A stretch of DNA of 34,663 nt from positions 1 to 34,663 of the forward strand of contig CAZKII010000006.1 in assembly GCA_964552865.1 (NCBI GenBank), in the 5' to 3' direction. This stretch comes from an uncultured Thermoplasmata archaeon (lineage in GTDB: Archaea; Thermoplasmatota; Thermoplasmata; JAJSAE01). Made by a program: the position numbers and the translations under genes. The notes beneath the pieces were generated by a model. The model worked only from the letters and a program-made list of their open reading frames with translations, did not search any database and was not told the origin of the DNA. Shown here in pieces: positions 1-9,442 of the stretch; within the stretch, counting starts at the first letter, position 1; the number at the start of each line of letters is the position of its first letter.

Positions 1-160
1 ATGCGTTTAAAAATCTCAGTTGTCACACCCTTCTATACGGGCACCTTTTGCTATCCCTCCTGCCAGACTCTTCCATGCTATGCGACATGCTTTAGGGCCA
101 TATATAGTTTTGGACGGTGGGCCGTTGTGCGAAGGTTTTATATAGGAAGTGTCAGCATCG
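1..160 (-). promoter_or_regulatory. Possible CRISPR leader / non-coding region downstream of cas2
   Basis: Lies right after the cas2 stop; no convincing protein in any frame; minus-strand TATA-like elements (CTATATAAAA ~137-146, AAACTATATA 101-110). No repeat is visible inside the window. Confidence 0.35.
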
Positions 161-164
161 TCCA

Positions 165-461
165 CTATCCTAGGATTATATGCTGCTGTTTCTCCGGGAC
201 ATCCTCCCCAATAACTATCATCTTCCTCCTGCATGATTCGCAGAGCTCAACAATTCTCACCTTGTCTCCCTGTTCTAGACCATAGTTCTTCAGCCTATCC
301 CTCAATTCATTGAACCCTGGCCGGTCTAATTCCCCCATAAACACGCTGTACTGCGCCCGTTGTAGTCCATAGTACTCTAGAAGTTTAGATAGGGCCGTTC
401 TTGTTTTTGTTTCCTTTATGTCATACATCACAATGAGAAACACCACGCCTTTCATCTCCAC
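165..461 (-). CDS. cas2: CRISPR-associated endoribonuclease Cas2
   Basis: 98 aa with IVMYDI, R-x-Q-Y-S-V-F-x-G and D-K-V-R-I...LCESC motifs; overlaps the cas1 end. Confidence 0.95.
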   Translation of the reverse strand: MEMKGVVFLIVMYDIKETKTRTALSKLLEYYGLQRAQYSVFMGELDRPGFNELRDRLKNYGLEQGDKVRIVELCESCRRKMIVIGEDVPEKQQHIILG

Positions 462-1447
462 TTGAACCCCCTGTATAGAATTCCATTCTCAATGCTCTCT
501 GCCAGAGCTTTTGCCTGCTTATAGATTATATCTAGAAATGGAATGCTCTCCCCCTCGTAGTTGTGTTTCTCCTCCATTCTTTGGTACAATGCGTTTAGAT
601 ACACCTTTTTTGCGGGGTCCTTAAACATGCACATGTCGCCCGACATCTCGAAGTCTTCTGGAGCCACCGTCCCTCTGCCTGCAAGTGTCATGACCACTCT
701 GTCCACAATAGGCTGTCTGAACTCTTCTATGAGGTCGTATGTGAGCGATCTTCGGTTCCGGTAAACGCTATGCAGTACGCCTTCGTAAGGATTCAGTCCT
801 GCCAGCATGAGGCTGTACTCAACTCTGGAGGCGAGCACCGTGTATCCGTAGCTGAGCATCGAGTTAATCGGGTCCGTTGGGGGATGCTTTATTCTCTTGG
901 TGAAGCCGAATCTATCCGGAAGTATCACGGATAATGCAGCAAAGTACTCCCTTGCTGATGCCCCCTCCTTCCCCATGAGTTGCTCTCTGTCCTTTGTGGA
1001 GAATACCTCTTCTCTCATGGCTTCCAGACGCTCTATATGAACTGAGAGCCCTAGGTTCCGGTTCCGGTCAGTTATTTTAAGCAGTCGTAGCTTATTGTAA
1101 ATCGAAGAATCAACCATCTCCTGTGCGATGAATAACGCTTCGCTGTCGTCCAGAAGTATCTGCCGCTTCCATAAATCAGTTATTCTTGTGTCGTCCATCG
1201 TCATTACTCTGGCAAAAAAGTTTGGTCTATGGGTAACGAATACTAAGTCCACTCCATTCTCTATCAGGAGTTTCACAGTTCCAGAGGAAATAGAGGCTTC
1301 TCCTGTTATTATCAATTGCTCAATCTCTCTGGGGCTGAAGCGGATGGTCTCCCCCTCATTGGATCGTACGGAAACGAGGTTTCCATCCTTCCGTATCTTG
1401 TATCCAACTCCCGAAATTACAAGGTTTCTTAGCTTCTTTTCTATCAT
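452..1447 (-). CDS. cas1: CRISPR-associated integrase Cas1
   Basis: EGASAREYF, DPINSMLSYGY, GVLH and DLIEEFR motifs; no RT fusion. Confidence 0.96.
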   Translation of the reverse strand: MIEKKLRNLVISGVGYKIRKDGNLVSVRSNEGETIRFSPREIEQLIITGEASISSGTVKLLIENGVDLVFVTHRPNFFARVMTMDDTRITDLWKRQILLDDSEALFIAQEMVDSSIYNKLRLLKITDRNRNLGLSVHIERLEAMREEVFSTKDREQLMGKEGASAREYFAALSVILPDRFGFTKRIKHPPTDPINSMLSYGYTVLASRVEYSLMLAGLNPYEGVLHSVYRNRRSLTYDLIEEFRQPIVDRVVMTLAGRGTVAPEDFEMSGDMCMFKDPAKKVYLNALYQRMEEKHNYEGESIPFLDIIYKQAKALAESIENGILYRGFKWR

Positions 1448-2772
1448 AACTCTAACTTAGCAAATCTTCCCTGCTGGATGTATTGGTCATTTATTCCAAT
1501 CCGACTCATGAGCTCTCGGGCTTCCTTTCTCAGCTTCTTGGCCTGTTTCTCATTGCCCAAATGCCATGCGTGGATAAGATACAGATGGTTTCTCGGGTTG
1601 ATAACATCTTTTATGTTTTTTATCTCGTCCATCTTAACCAGCGAATCTCCTAGGGCCAGAAGGAGAATGTACCCGTCAAGGAGTCCAATCTTGTTCTTTA
1701 GAATACCATTGCCTTCTCCCATAATTTCTACCTTTATTCGGGTGAAATCGTTTCTTGCAGACTTTATCTCCTCTTTGCTGAAATCTATGTTCCCCGTATT
1801 TATGCCTCTTAGGCCGAGTTGATGCTGTGAAACCATCTCCACCACCCTGTAGTATCGCAGAATTGCCTCACTATGGCGTCCTATCTCCTCGTATCTCCTC
1901 CCAGAGTTGTAAATGGAAGCGATCATAGGCCATGCCGTTTCTCTCTTGGAGATGTAGCCGAAATAGTCCTCAGTTCCGTCTGCGCTCCGAATCTCTCTTG
2001 CGGGCTCTAGAAATTCCAGATATCCCTTTAGCACATCTGCATCAACAGGGTACATCTGGTACTGCTCGGATTTCTTAAGGGCCATATTGATCTGCTTATG
2101 AGCCTTGTCGAAAAGAAAGGCCGCCCAGTCCTTAAAACCCTTCGATAGCAGTAAAATTATGTCTGCAAGTCTCGGATCCCTTGCAACCTGCTTAACCTCT
2201 TCAAGTAGAGGAATGACTGCATTGAAGTTGTAGTTATTGAACAGCTCTATCGCCCTTCCCATAAGGAGATCGCCGCTGGTGTGGAGTGGGTTGGGCAGAC
2301 TTTCTAGGAATTCTGAACCTGGTGCCGGCTTTCGTGTTATTGGGTCGTATTCTGTATAGTTCGTATAAATGATTTCCAAACCATAGAAGGCTCCAGCAAC
2401 AGAGGCCATAGCGCTCATAGCTTTCTTTCCCCCTGTTATGTCAATCGCTATCCTGTCTCCCTCGTGCTTGGAGATTATGATCTTTATCTCATCGTAAATC
2501 TCCTTGGAATCTGTTTTCAGTTCTACGATGGAATAATCCCCTGGCCCAAGTCCAACCTCCTTTATTATGTCTGCGGCCTCTCTGGTGGTTTCTGCGGTTG
2601 TTAGAAAGAATACTTTTCTGGGCCTTATCGAAAGTATGGCCCGCCGGATTGGCTCCCTGCTTTTACCCACTACGGATATGAGCACATCATATCTGCCATC
2701 CCACTCCACATGTCTCTGAACGAAATTCCTGTCTGATTCTGGGATTAGAAGCTCTCCAGCCATTGGCATCAA
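1444..2772 (-). CDS. CARF-HEPN cOA-activated ribonuclease (Csx1/Csm6-like, TIGR02710-type)
   Basis: N-terminal CARF motifs (ISVVGKSREP, IDITGGKKAMS); helical middle; C-terminal RYYRVVE and HEPN-like R-N-x5-H (RNHLYLIH). Confidence 0.85.
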   Translation of the reverse strand: MMPMAGELLIPESDRNFVQRHVEWDGRYDVLISVVGKSREPIRRAILSIRPRKVFFLTTAETTREAADIIKEVGLGPGDYSIVELKTDSKEIYDEIKIIISKHEGDRIAIDITGGKKAMSAMASVAGAFYGLEIIYTNYTEYDPITRKPAPGSEFLESLPNPLHTSGDLLMGRAIELFNNYNFNAVIPLLEEVKQVARDPRLADIILLLSKGFKDWAAFLFDKAHKQINMALKKSEQYQMYPVDADVLKGYLEFLEPAREIRSADGTEDYFGYISKRETAWPMIASIYNSGRRYEEIGRHSEAILRYYRVVEMVSQHQLGLRGINTGNIDFSKEEIKSARNDFTRIKVEIMGEGNGILKNKIGLLDGYILLLALGDSLVKMDEIKNIKDVINPRNHLYLIHAWHLGNEKQAKKLRKEARELMSRIGINDQYIQQGRFAKLEL

Positions 2773-2774
2773 CT

Positions 2775-3989
2775 CTACACTGTTCCTTCAGGATATGGGT
2801 CGTTCGGGAGATAGTGCCACTTTCTATCCACACTGAATCTCACTTTGTTCGGCTTCATCCTCGCAGATGTTTTTCCCGTTATTCTATTTTCTCTGCTCAG
2901 CAGCTGCACGATATCATCAATCTGGGAGAATTTCATGTTATGGAAGAATATCCAGCCTGTCAATTCGGAGCCAGCAGGCAGGTAGTCTCTGGGAATATTG
3001 CTAGGCAACTCCCAGAAAAATGCGTCTGAAACCACCATTCTAGAAGCATCCCCTCCCATTTGCGTGGATCCAAAGACCTCTTTTACCTCTTCACGGTTCC
3101 AGCGAGTATTCATCTCCTTTCGCAGGAACCCCTTTATAGTGGAGCCGGGAATCACAGGTAAATCGTTCATTGTTACGGTATCCTCCCCGACGCCGGGCAC
3201 TCTGAAATCGCTCAAGCACTCCACGCTGAACTCATACACCACAGCTCCCCTGTTCTCGGAGGTGGCATACGCATCAAAGTCCTTGCAATCCAGTGGTTCG
3301 TAATTACGGACGGGTTGAACCTTCGGTAGTTCAACTACCTCTTCTATTATTTTTATCCCATCTAGACTCTTCTTAATGACCCTGTCGATAGTCGGGGAAG
3401 CGAAGCCGTTACCCCTAGAGCTAGCGCCCCCTATCTGCAACCGTCTGTATTCAAACTCGTTTATGACCCAATTCAGGAGCTGTAGTTCTCCTTCTGTCGG
3501 ATTATCCACTCTTATGGTTCCGGTGAATTTCAACGGTTCTATAACCTCTTCAGTCCGAAAATTTGGTCTCATCTTCCCATTGCGTCCTTTTCTAGGGTTG
3601 ACATGTGGGCGGTCCTTTACTTGCCATATCTCTCCACCTTCTGGATAAAAATCCCTCACTGTGACCTTTGACCTCGCTTTCATAGAGCCAAAGAGATTCT
3701 CGACAATGCTAACCGCTTTTTTTTCTGTTTTACCCCAATCACCGTCATACAAGTTCGTCTTAAGGATGCGCTCTGCAGCGGCTCTCATAACTCCCTTTAG
3801 GCTGGAGCCGGGTATGAACGGAACATAATTCTTGTTCCCTGCGTCGTATGAGAGAAGAACTGGGGCCGATGAAATTGAGTATTGTGCAGCCATATCAGTT
3901 GCCCCGATACGCAATGGTGTTTCCATCTGAATTGATAGATTGATTTCATATTGGCTCTCTAATCGAGAGAAATCTGTTTCTTCGACCAT
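2775..3989 (-). CDS. Type III RAMP with two tandem Cas7-like domains (Csm3/Csm5-like fusion)
   Basis: Two RAMP motifs (PFIPGSSLKGVMR, PVIPGSTIKGFLR) and one G-loop (IGGASSRGNG). Start moved to ATG 3989, behind a GGTGGTGG SD-like sequence. Confidence 0.85.
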   Translation of the reverse strand: MVEETDFSRLESQYEINLSIQMETPLRIGATDMAAQYSISSAPVLLSYDAGNKNYVPFIPGSSLKGVMRAAAERILKTNLYDGDWGKTEKKAVSIVENLFGSMKARSKVTVRDFYPEGGEIWQVKDRPHVNPRKGRNGKMRPNFRTEEVIEPLKFTGTIRVDNPTEGELQLLNWVINEFEYRRLQIGGASSRGNGFASPTIDRVIKKSLDGIKIIEEVVELPKVQPVRNYEPLDCKDFDAYATSENRGAVVYEFSVECLSDFRVPGVGEDTVTMNDLPVIPGSTIKGFLRKEMNTRWNREEVKEVFGSTQMGGDASRMVVSDAFFWELPSNIPRDYLPAGSELTGWIFFHNMKFSQIDDIVQLLSRENRITGKTSARMKPNKVRFSVDRKWHYLPNDPYPEGTV

Positions 3990-4000
3990 ACCACCACCGT

Positions 4001-4705
4001 CTATTGAATCTCTCCTTTCACATACTCTGCCCAATCTCTCATGGCAGCATCTCTATCGGCTAACAGGGTTCCATCCGTTCCGCTTAGGTAGTCTTGAGGT
4101 GTGAATTCCCGTATCTCTCGAATATCTATCTCTACCTGTCCGAACCCCCTGGAGGTCCCACCTCCTATCGAGCCACCTGTAGCATTAAAGAAGTCAACGG
4201 TGGAGAGGAAAGCCCCTATTTTTGCATCCTTGTGCCCTTCAATCCTGGGATTTTCTATTATTACGGTTCCCGAGAATGTGATCCCTTCTGGAACTACTTC
4301 GAATTCGTGTTTTCCTCCTGCGGCGGCTTTTCTTGTTTTTCTGTCTATGGGTACACCATCACGCACCCTTGTTTCTTTCCTGTTAGCTACTGCATCCCTG
4401 AATCTTATCGAAGAGGCATATGATTCTTTGCTCCCTTTCTTTATCTCTCCCCCGAACAGAATTGCCACAAGCTCCTGAACCCTTTCCTCGTTGTTTAGAA
4501 TGCTGTTCAGAAACCGTTCCATCTCTGACCTTAATACTCCTTTAAGGGTGGATCCGGGAACTATGGGGTATCCTTTTGAGTTTTTTATCACATAATTGTC
4601 TAGTTCTCCGGGTAGAGTGCTGTTGTGTGCTCCAATCCTCATATCACTGAGTGTCCTTATCTCGTAGCTTATCACCACTCTTTTCTCCAGTTTCTCAAAC
4701 ATCAA
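4001..4705 (-). CDS. csm3: Type III Cas7 backbone subunit (Csm3-like) with putative catalytic Asp
   Basis: RIG...LDNYVIK...PIVPGSTLKGVLRS, LFGG, IGGGTSRGFG. Confidence 0.88.
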   Translation of the reverse strand: MMFEKLEKRVVISYEIRTLSDMRIGAHNSTLPGELDNYVIKNSKGYPIVPGSTLKGVLRSEMERFLNSILNNEERVQELVAILFGGEIKKGSKESYASSIRFRDAVANRKETRVRDGVPIDRKTRKAAAGGKHEFEVVPEGITFSGTVIIENPRIEGHKDAKIGAFLSTVDFFNATGGSIGGGTSRGFGQVEIDIREIREFTPQDYLSGTDGTLLADRDAAMRDWAEYVKGEIQ

Positions 4706-5172
4706 TATCGCCTCCTTCTCTCGTCTTCTCCCCCAGAGCTTTCGATCTTTCTGAGATACTCTTCCTCCTTTCCCTTGAGGCCAATCATTGAAAATTCGGC
4801 TTCTATCATACCTCTCCTTCCGGAACTGTCGAGTTTGTCCAAAGAATCAGCGGTCCATGCAAGGTATCCTATTGTGTACTGTAACCTTTCCAGCATCTCT
4901 TCGTCTGTGAGCCCTTTTTCCCTCATGGCAGTAATCTTCTTTAATATTTGCTCAAGGGTCTTGCTAAAATCGGAGCGAGGAAGCATGTACTCGATATACT
5001 TTATAAAATGTAGCACTGCATCTTCCGGGTCAGTGAACTGCCTTAGTGCCCCTGCCATGGACTTTATTTTGCTCCTGCTATCTTCTTTCTTGTTTCCTTT
5101 ATCCACCACCATCCCATTGGCGTATATGTCCCATGCATCTATTACACACTCTTTTATTACTTCTTCTTTCAT
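4702..5172 (-). CDS. Small alpha-helical protein, putative Cas11-like small subunit (copy 2)
   Basis: Charged helical ~156 aa protein inside the effector operon; ATG 5172 follows a GGAGG SD; shares a C-terminal motif with the upstream ORF. Confidence 0.55.
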   Translation of the reverse strand: MKEEVIKECVIDAWDIYANGMVVDKGNKKEDSRSKIKSMAGALRQFTDPEDAVLHFIKYIEYMLPRSDFSKTLEQILKKITAMREKGLTDEEMLERLQYTIGYLAWTADSLDKLDSSGRRGMIEAEFSMIGLKGKEEEYLRKIESSGGEDERRRRY

Positions 5173-5176
5173 TCCA

Positions 5177-5629
5177 CTACCTCCTTCTATCGTATCTGCC
5201 ACCCTGATTTTGTGGCCTGTTTCTATTCTCTTTTTTCTTAATCATCCGTTCTATTTCACCGGTGAACTGAATCTTCTCAGCCTCCATCCCCATCCTTAAC
5301 AACTTCTCTTCGCTCTTTGAATAGAAATAGAGCTCCCATAAGATGTATCTTAGTGTTTGAATCATTTCCTCATGAGTCATCTCACTCGTTTCCTTCTTGA
5401 AATCGTTGTAGAAATCATTCAGTAACCTCTTTTTTTCTGCAACAATTCTTGGATTTGGAGCCTGAGGTCGATATGAAAGTACTATCTGTCTGAAATCCTC
5501 AATGCCCTTCCCAGAGCTCAGATGCATCAGAAGTTCTCTGATTTTTCCGTTCATAGTATCGTCCAAACGGGTTGTTGCAACTTTGGCCGTAAGAATCCAT
5601 GAAATCTGGTTTATCTCTGCTAATTTCAT
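5177..5629 (-). CDS. Small alpha-helical protein, putative Cas11-like small subunit (copy 1)
   Basis: 150 aa, helical, translationally coupled (ATGA overlap) to the Cas5-group RAMP; occupies the typical csm2 position. Confidence 0.55.
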   Translation of the reverse strand: MKLAEINQISWILTAKVATTRLDDTMNGKIRELLMHLSSGKGIEDFRQIVLSYRPQAPNPRIVAEKKRLLNDFYNDFKKETSEMTHEEMIQTLRYILWELYFYSKSEEKLLRMGMEAEKIQFTGEIERMIKKKENRNRPQNQGGRYDRRR

Positions 5630-6693
5630 TGAACCACCTCATTGATAAAATATGTATCACCGAAAATGTGGTGATCTTCACCAAGACCAAACAGCTCTAT
5701 GAACGCCATCAGCTCAGGATTTGCCGTGATTCTTGCAGAACTTCCAGGCCCTATCGCAGGCCTGAGATTCATGAGTTTGTATCCTGCCTTCATGTCCCAG
5801 CCTCTTGCAAGAGAAGGAGTTGGAGAGCGCTGCTCCTTAACTGAAAACTCAATTGGAAGCTGCATGTTCGTGTGAGAAAGCGTTTTGGATATGTATTCTC
5901 TTATGAGATTCTCATCGAAGTATCTCAGATATCCTTTTTCACTACGCAGTATAAGCTCATTATTCGATACCATGATTGCACTCCTATCTCTGTTAGCGTT
6001 GCTCTCTATGTAATCACCTGCGTTTTTCTCCTCGATAAACTCTATGTCTATGCTACCATATCCCTTTGAGCGGAGGCCGCCTACTCCGTAGAAAATACCT
6101 GCCTCTTTTAGAGCATTCTTAATATCATCTACATAATCGTCTTGCAAAACCATACGAAAATCAAACTGTGTCCCAGGGAGTATTGCCTCGACATTGTATG
6201 GTGATTTGTAGCCATCATCAGTAGGTAGATAGCTTGAATGCCTGATGGGATTTATAGGGCACTTCGTACTTATGGTCTTATGTACTTTTTTACTCTCAAC
6301 CATCTTCGGTAGGGTATGCTCTGGACCAATTTCAAACCAGCCACTTCTCTTTTTCCCCTCGTGTCCACAGTTTGCACATGTTTTCTCTTCTCCATCCTCC
6401 CCCTTCAGAATGAGAGAACCACATCTTTTACACCACTTCACTATGTTTGGAATCGAACGCTGGCCATAGGGCAGAGCAGGTTTGAAAAACATCGTAGGCG
6501 AAGCATCGTCTGAGATTCTAGTTCTTTCGAATAATTCCCTGTTCTCATTAAATAAGTAATTTCCCAGCATCCCTCTTATCGCCTTTGCAGTAATATAATC
6601 CTTGGTTTCCAGAAATGTCCCAATTGAAACTCCAGTGCCTATATGGATCGGTTCTAAAGCCCTAATCTTCCCATTGAGAAGGAGATAGCTCAT
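5626..6693 (-). CDS. Cas5-group RAMP (Csx10/Csm4-like) with Zn-ribbon insertion
   Basis: ALEPIHIG, YITAKAIRGMLG, CKRC...CANC, GVGGLRSKGYG, and a second C-terminal G-loop (GLGEDHHIFG). Confidence 0.8.
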   Translation of the reverse strand: MSYLLLNGKIRALEPIHIGTGVSIGTFLETKDYITAKAIRGMLGNYLFNENRELFERTRISDDASPTMFFKPALPYGQRSIPNIVKWCKRCGSLILKGEDGEEKTCANCGHEGKKRSGWFEIGPEHTLPKMVESKKVHKTISTKCPINPIRHSSYLPTDDGYKSPYNVEAILPGTQFDFRMVLQDDYVDDIKNALKEAGIFYGVGGLRSKGYGSIDIEFIEEKNAGDYIESNANRDRSAIMVSNNELILRSEKGYLRYFDENLIREYISKTLSHTNMQLPIEFSVKEQRSPTPSLARGWDMKAGYKLMNLRPAIGPGSSARITANPELMAFIELFGLGEDHHIFGDTYFINEVVQ

Positions 6694-7271
6694 GAAAACA
6701 CCTCCATTTTGAAATCACTAACATCAATCTCTTTCATATCCGCTTCAAAACCACCGAGACCACGAGAGCGCTCTCCTCCAATTCCATAGTGTTGTGCCGA
6801 TTTGAGAGAGGCCTTTAAGATCTCTACATGCTTCTCAGAGTTGTCTCCCTTCAATGCTATGTAGCCTGTAAATAGTGTTTCTTGGGGCACAAGTTTCTGT
6901 GAATAGAGCCCTCCTTCATTTTTGGAGTTTGAACCGTATTTAAGAGAGATTTTCACATGAACTCTTTCTGTGAGGGCATCAAGAGGGGCATGGAGGTCGA
7001 AGAACTTAACAGCTGGTTCCTTATAGCCGCCATCCCGATTTTCCTGCTCTTGACTTCCAAATATATCGCCAACTATCTCTTTTTCAACTCCCAATCTTCT
7101 TGCTTCTTGCCTGAGCAGGCCCTTTATGTGAGAGGCGGGTATCACCAAACGCTCCTCGATTTTTTCGCCCACTGCAAAAGCACTCCTTAGAACATCAATT
7201 GTAGAGCCCCGGTTCTCTCCTGCAGTCTGAAAGTCATTTAGCAATCTCAACTCCAGCCGATATAACTTCAT
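6690..7271 (-). CDS. Compact Cas7-family RAMP
   Basis: VIPASHIKGLLR, IFGS, GIGGERSRGLG; coupled to cas10. Confidence 0.85.
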   Translation of the reverse strand: MKLYRLELRLLNDFQTAGENRGSTIDVLRSAFAVGEKIEERLVIPASHIKGLLRQEARRLGVEKEIVGDIFGSQEQENRDGGYKEPAVKFFDLHAPLDALTERVHVKISLKYGSNSKNEGGLYSQKLVPQETLFTGYIALKGDNSEKHVEILKASLKSAQHYGIGGERSRGLGGFEADMKEIDVSDFKMEVFS

Positions 7272-9442
7272 TCACCCACCTCCACTCCATTAAAATCATT
7301 ACCGCTGTGCCAGACCATGGGGATCAGTTCATCTATTGGGAGTAAAAGCTCATCTTCCACTAGCACTTTGGATGTTTCCTCCATTAAAGCAATAGGACTC
7401 ATCCCCTCGGAATCTGCTGCCCTCATGATGATATCCTTATCGCTGATTTTCGAGTAGAGGAACTTTATCAGGTTTAGGCGATCCTCAACCTTGGTTCCTC
7501 CATTAATTATGAGGGAAACAAAGGATCTCCACTTTTCTCGGTTCCCACCGGTTACCCGTTCTACGAATTTCTGGATAATCGATAGGTCAATCTCCCTGTC
7601 AGGAAGTATGAAAGTGAAGTTCCTCTCACTTGGCATACTGCTACTTACCACAGAGAATGAAAGACTTCCTTTGGGGAGGATAAAGAGCCCACTTTTGTTC
7701 ACCGCTTTTTTTCTGAATTCCTCTTTACTGCTGGTTTCAAGCTTTTTAGCTTTCTCTATCAAGAAGTAAACCGGGAACTTGTGATCCGCAATAGATATTC
7801 CTGCAGAGAGCGTTATCATGGGGGTGCCCATACATTCCTCTTGGGCTGGTGAGTACCTGAACTCTTCAGCAACCTCATTAATCAGAGTTTTAGTTACTTT
7901 AAGCGCATTTTTTGCGTCTACAATGAACATTATATCGTCACCCCCAACATATAGCAATCTGCTTTTATCTGGAAGGACTCCTCTCACAATCTCGCCAATC
8001 CGTTTCTTTACGAACCGACTCTTGAAGGCATAATCCGTTGGCGTTTTACTTTGGGCAAACAATCGTCCCATCATATTTCCATCTGCTACTACTATTGCAA
8101 TACTTTCTCCTATCTCTTTTAGGTCCTTCGGACCAGTCGTGTTATTCCGCCCGTACTCATACTTCGTGAAACACACTTCACAAACTCTATCACCCCTTAC
8201 TTCTCGGGTTGCTTCTCGAGAGCCGCAGTGCTTGCATAGCTCAGAACTCTTATTGAGCCGCACTTCTGGGAGCGGGGTTTCGCCAATTACTTCAAGTCTC
8301 TTACACTCTTCTACGCACTTTCCGAAATCGGATGCAATAGCAGAGGCATCAAAGAATTTGTAGCTAATACTTGCAGAAAGACCTCCTCTGCTGATATCCG
8401 AAATCATTTCTATAAGATCATTTTTAAGAGCCCTTACAACCCCCTCTTCAAATGGAGTTATGACGACCATATTCCCACCGCCGATGTAAACGATGTTATC
8501 GGTGGAGAGATACTTTGAAACTATCATTTTTGCCTCTTCCGAAATGACCTTCTCAATGATATAACTCGCTCCAGAAATCTCCAAGAGCTTTTTAGACTCT
8601 CCAATGAATCTTTGAATTCCATGAATGTCCATGTAAAGGAGACCGAGCTTGTCTCGGAAAATCTGATTTTTGGATTGAGGCACTTTTAATTCGCCGTGTA
8701 AAGTTGGAATGTCTGCCTTTTCGTTTCCGCCCATGCTCTGGCTTTCGCCCGGCATCATACAGAACTTCTCTCCCCCAATAATCACATAGTGCGAAAAGGG
8801 GGAGTCATTAATAATATTTCCAGAGTCATCAAATTTCAAGTCTCCGCTTCTATTGGCCGCTGAAGCGATGGAGTCGGCATCGGCAACCACTCTGTGTAAC
8901 TCTGTGTTCGCTTGATATTCTTTGTAGTAATCTGGAGTGTGATGCCTAGGTGCAATGGATACAATTCTTTTCCAGAACTCCCCAAGAGGGCTGTTAATAT
9001 TACTGATACCCTTGTCGCCAATCTTCTTAAGGATTTCTTCGGTATACCTTACATGAGTGGTGAAACTAGGTTTTTCTTCCTTTTCAATGGATGAGAACAC
9101 ACGGATTTTTCCAATATCGTGGAGAAGTGCCGAAATCCTTATCTTATCCACCTCATCAGAGTAGCCTCGGTTTATCGCAAGAGAAACCGCTATAGCAGCA
9201 GTTGTTTTGAGATGATCCAGTAGGGAAGATACTGGGAGTTTTGTGTATTCAGGTGTAAACTCAAGGCCAAGAGTTTGGAGTTTATCAGATATTGCATCTC
9301 CTACGGTGCGATAATCCGTTCCTTCGTTTTCTCTCAATACCTCGGCAATCCCTTCAACACATCTTTGTTCCAGTTCTTTCATATCCATTTCGGACAAAAG
9401 TTTCTCCTTGGTAAAGTAGTTCGTTACAAATATTTCATTCAT
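7268..9442 (-). CDS. cas10: Cas10 (type III large subunit) with HD nuclease and cyclase palm domains
   Basis: LLHDIGK, HH, ADADSIAS; DIHGIQRFI/YIGGGN; CxxC...CxxC; ADGNMMG and YVGGDD. Confidence 0.95.
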   Translation of the reverse strand: MNEIFVTNYFTKEKLLSEMDMKELEQRCVEGIAEVLRENEGTDYRTVGDAISDKLQTLGLEFTPEYTKLPVSSLLDHLKTTAAIAVSLAINRGYSDEVDKIRISALLHDIGKIRVFSSIEKEEKPSFTTHVRYTEEILKKIGDKGISNINSPLGEFWKRIVSIAPRHHTPDYYKEYQANTELHRVVADADSIASAANRSGDLKFDDSGNIINDSPFSHYVIIGGEKFCMMPGESQSMGGNEKADIPTLHGELKVPQSKNQIFRDKLGLLYMDIHGIQRFIGESKKLLEISGASYIIEKVISEEAKMIVSKYLSTDNIVYIGGGNMVVITPFEEGVVRALKNDLIEMISDISRGGLSASISYKFFDASAIASDFGKCVEECKRLEVIGETPLPEVRLNKSSELCKHCGSREATREVRGDRVCEVCFTKYEYGRNNTTGPKDLKEIGESIAIVVADGNMMGRLFAQSKTPTDYAFKSRFVKKRIGEIVRGVLPDKSRLLYVGGDDIMFIVDAKNALKVTKTLINEVAEEFRYSPAQEECMGTPMITLSAGISIADHKFPVYFLIEKAKKLETSSKEEFRKKAVNKSGLFILPKGSLSFSVVSSSMPSERNFTFILPDREIDLSIIQKFVERVTGGNREKWRSFVSLIINGGTKVEDRLNLIKFLYSKISDKDIIMRAADSEGMSPIALMEETSKVLVEDELLLPIDELIPMVWHSGNDFNGVEVGE

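Noticed and set aside
16-234. 72-aa ORF after cas2 as a possible cas4
   Set aside because: No Cas4 nuclease motif or Cys cluster; stops inside the window and overlaps cas2.
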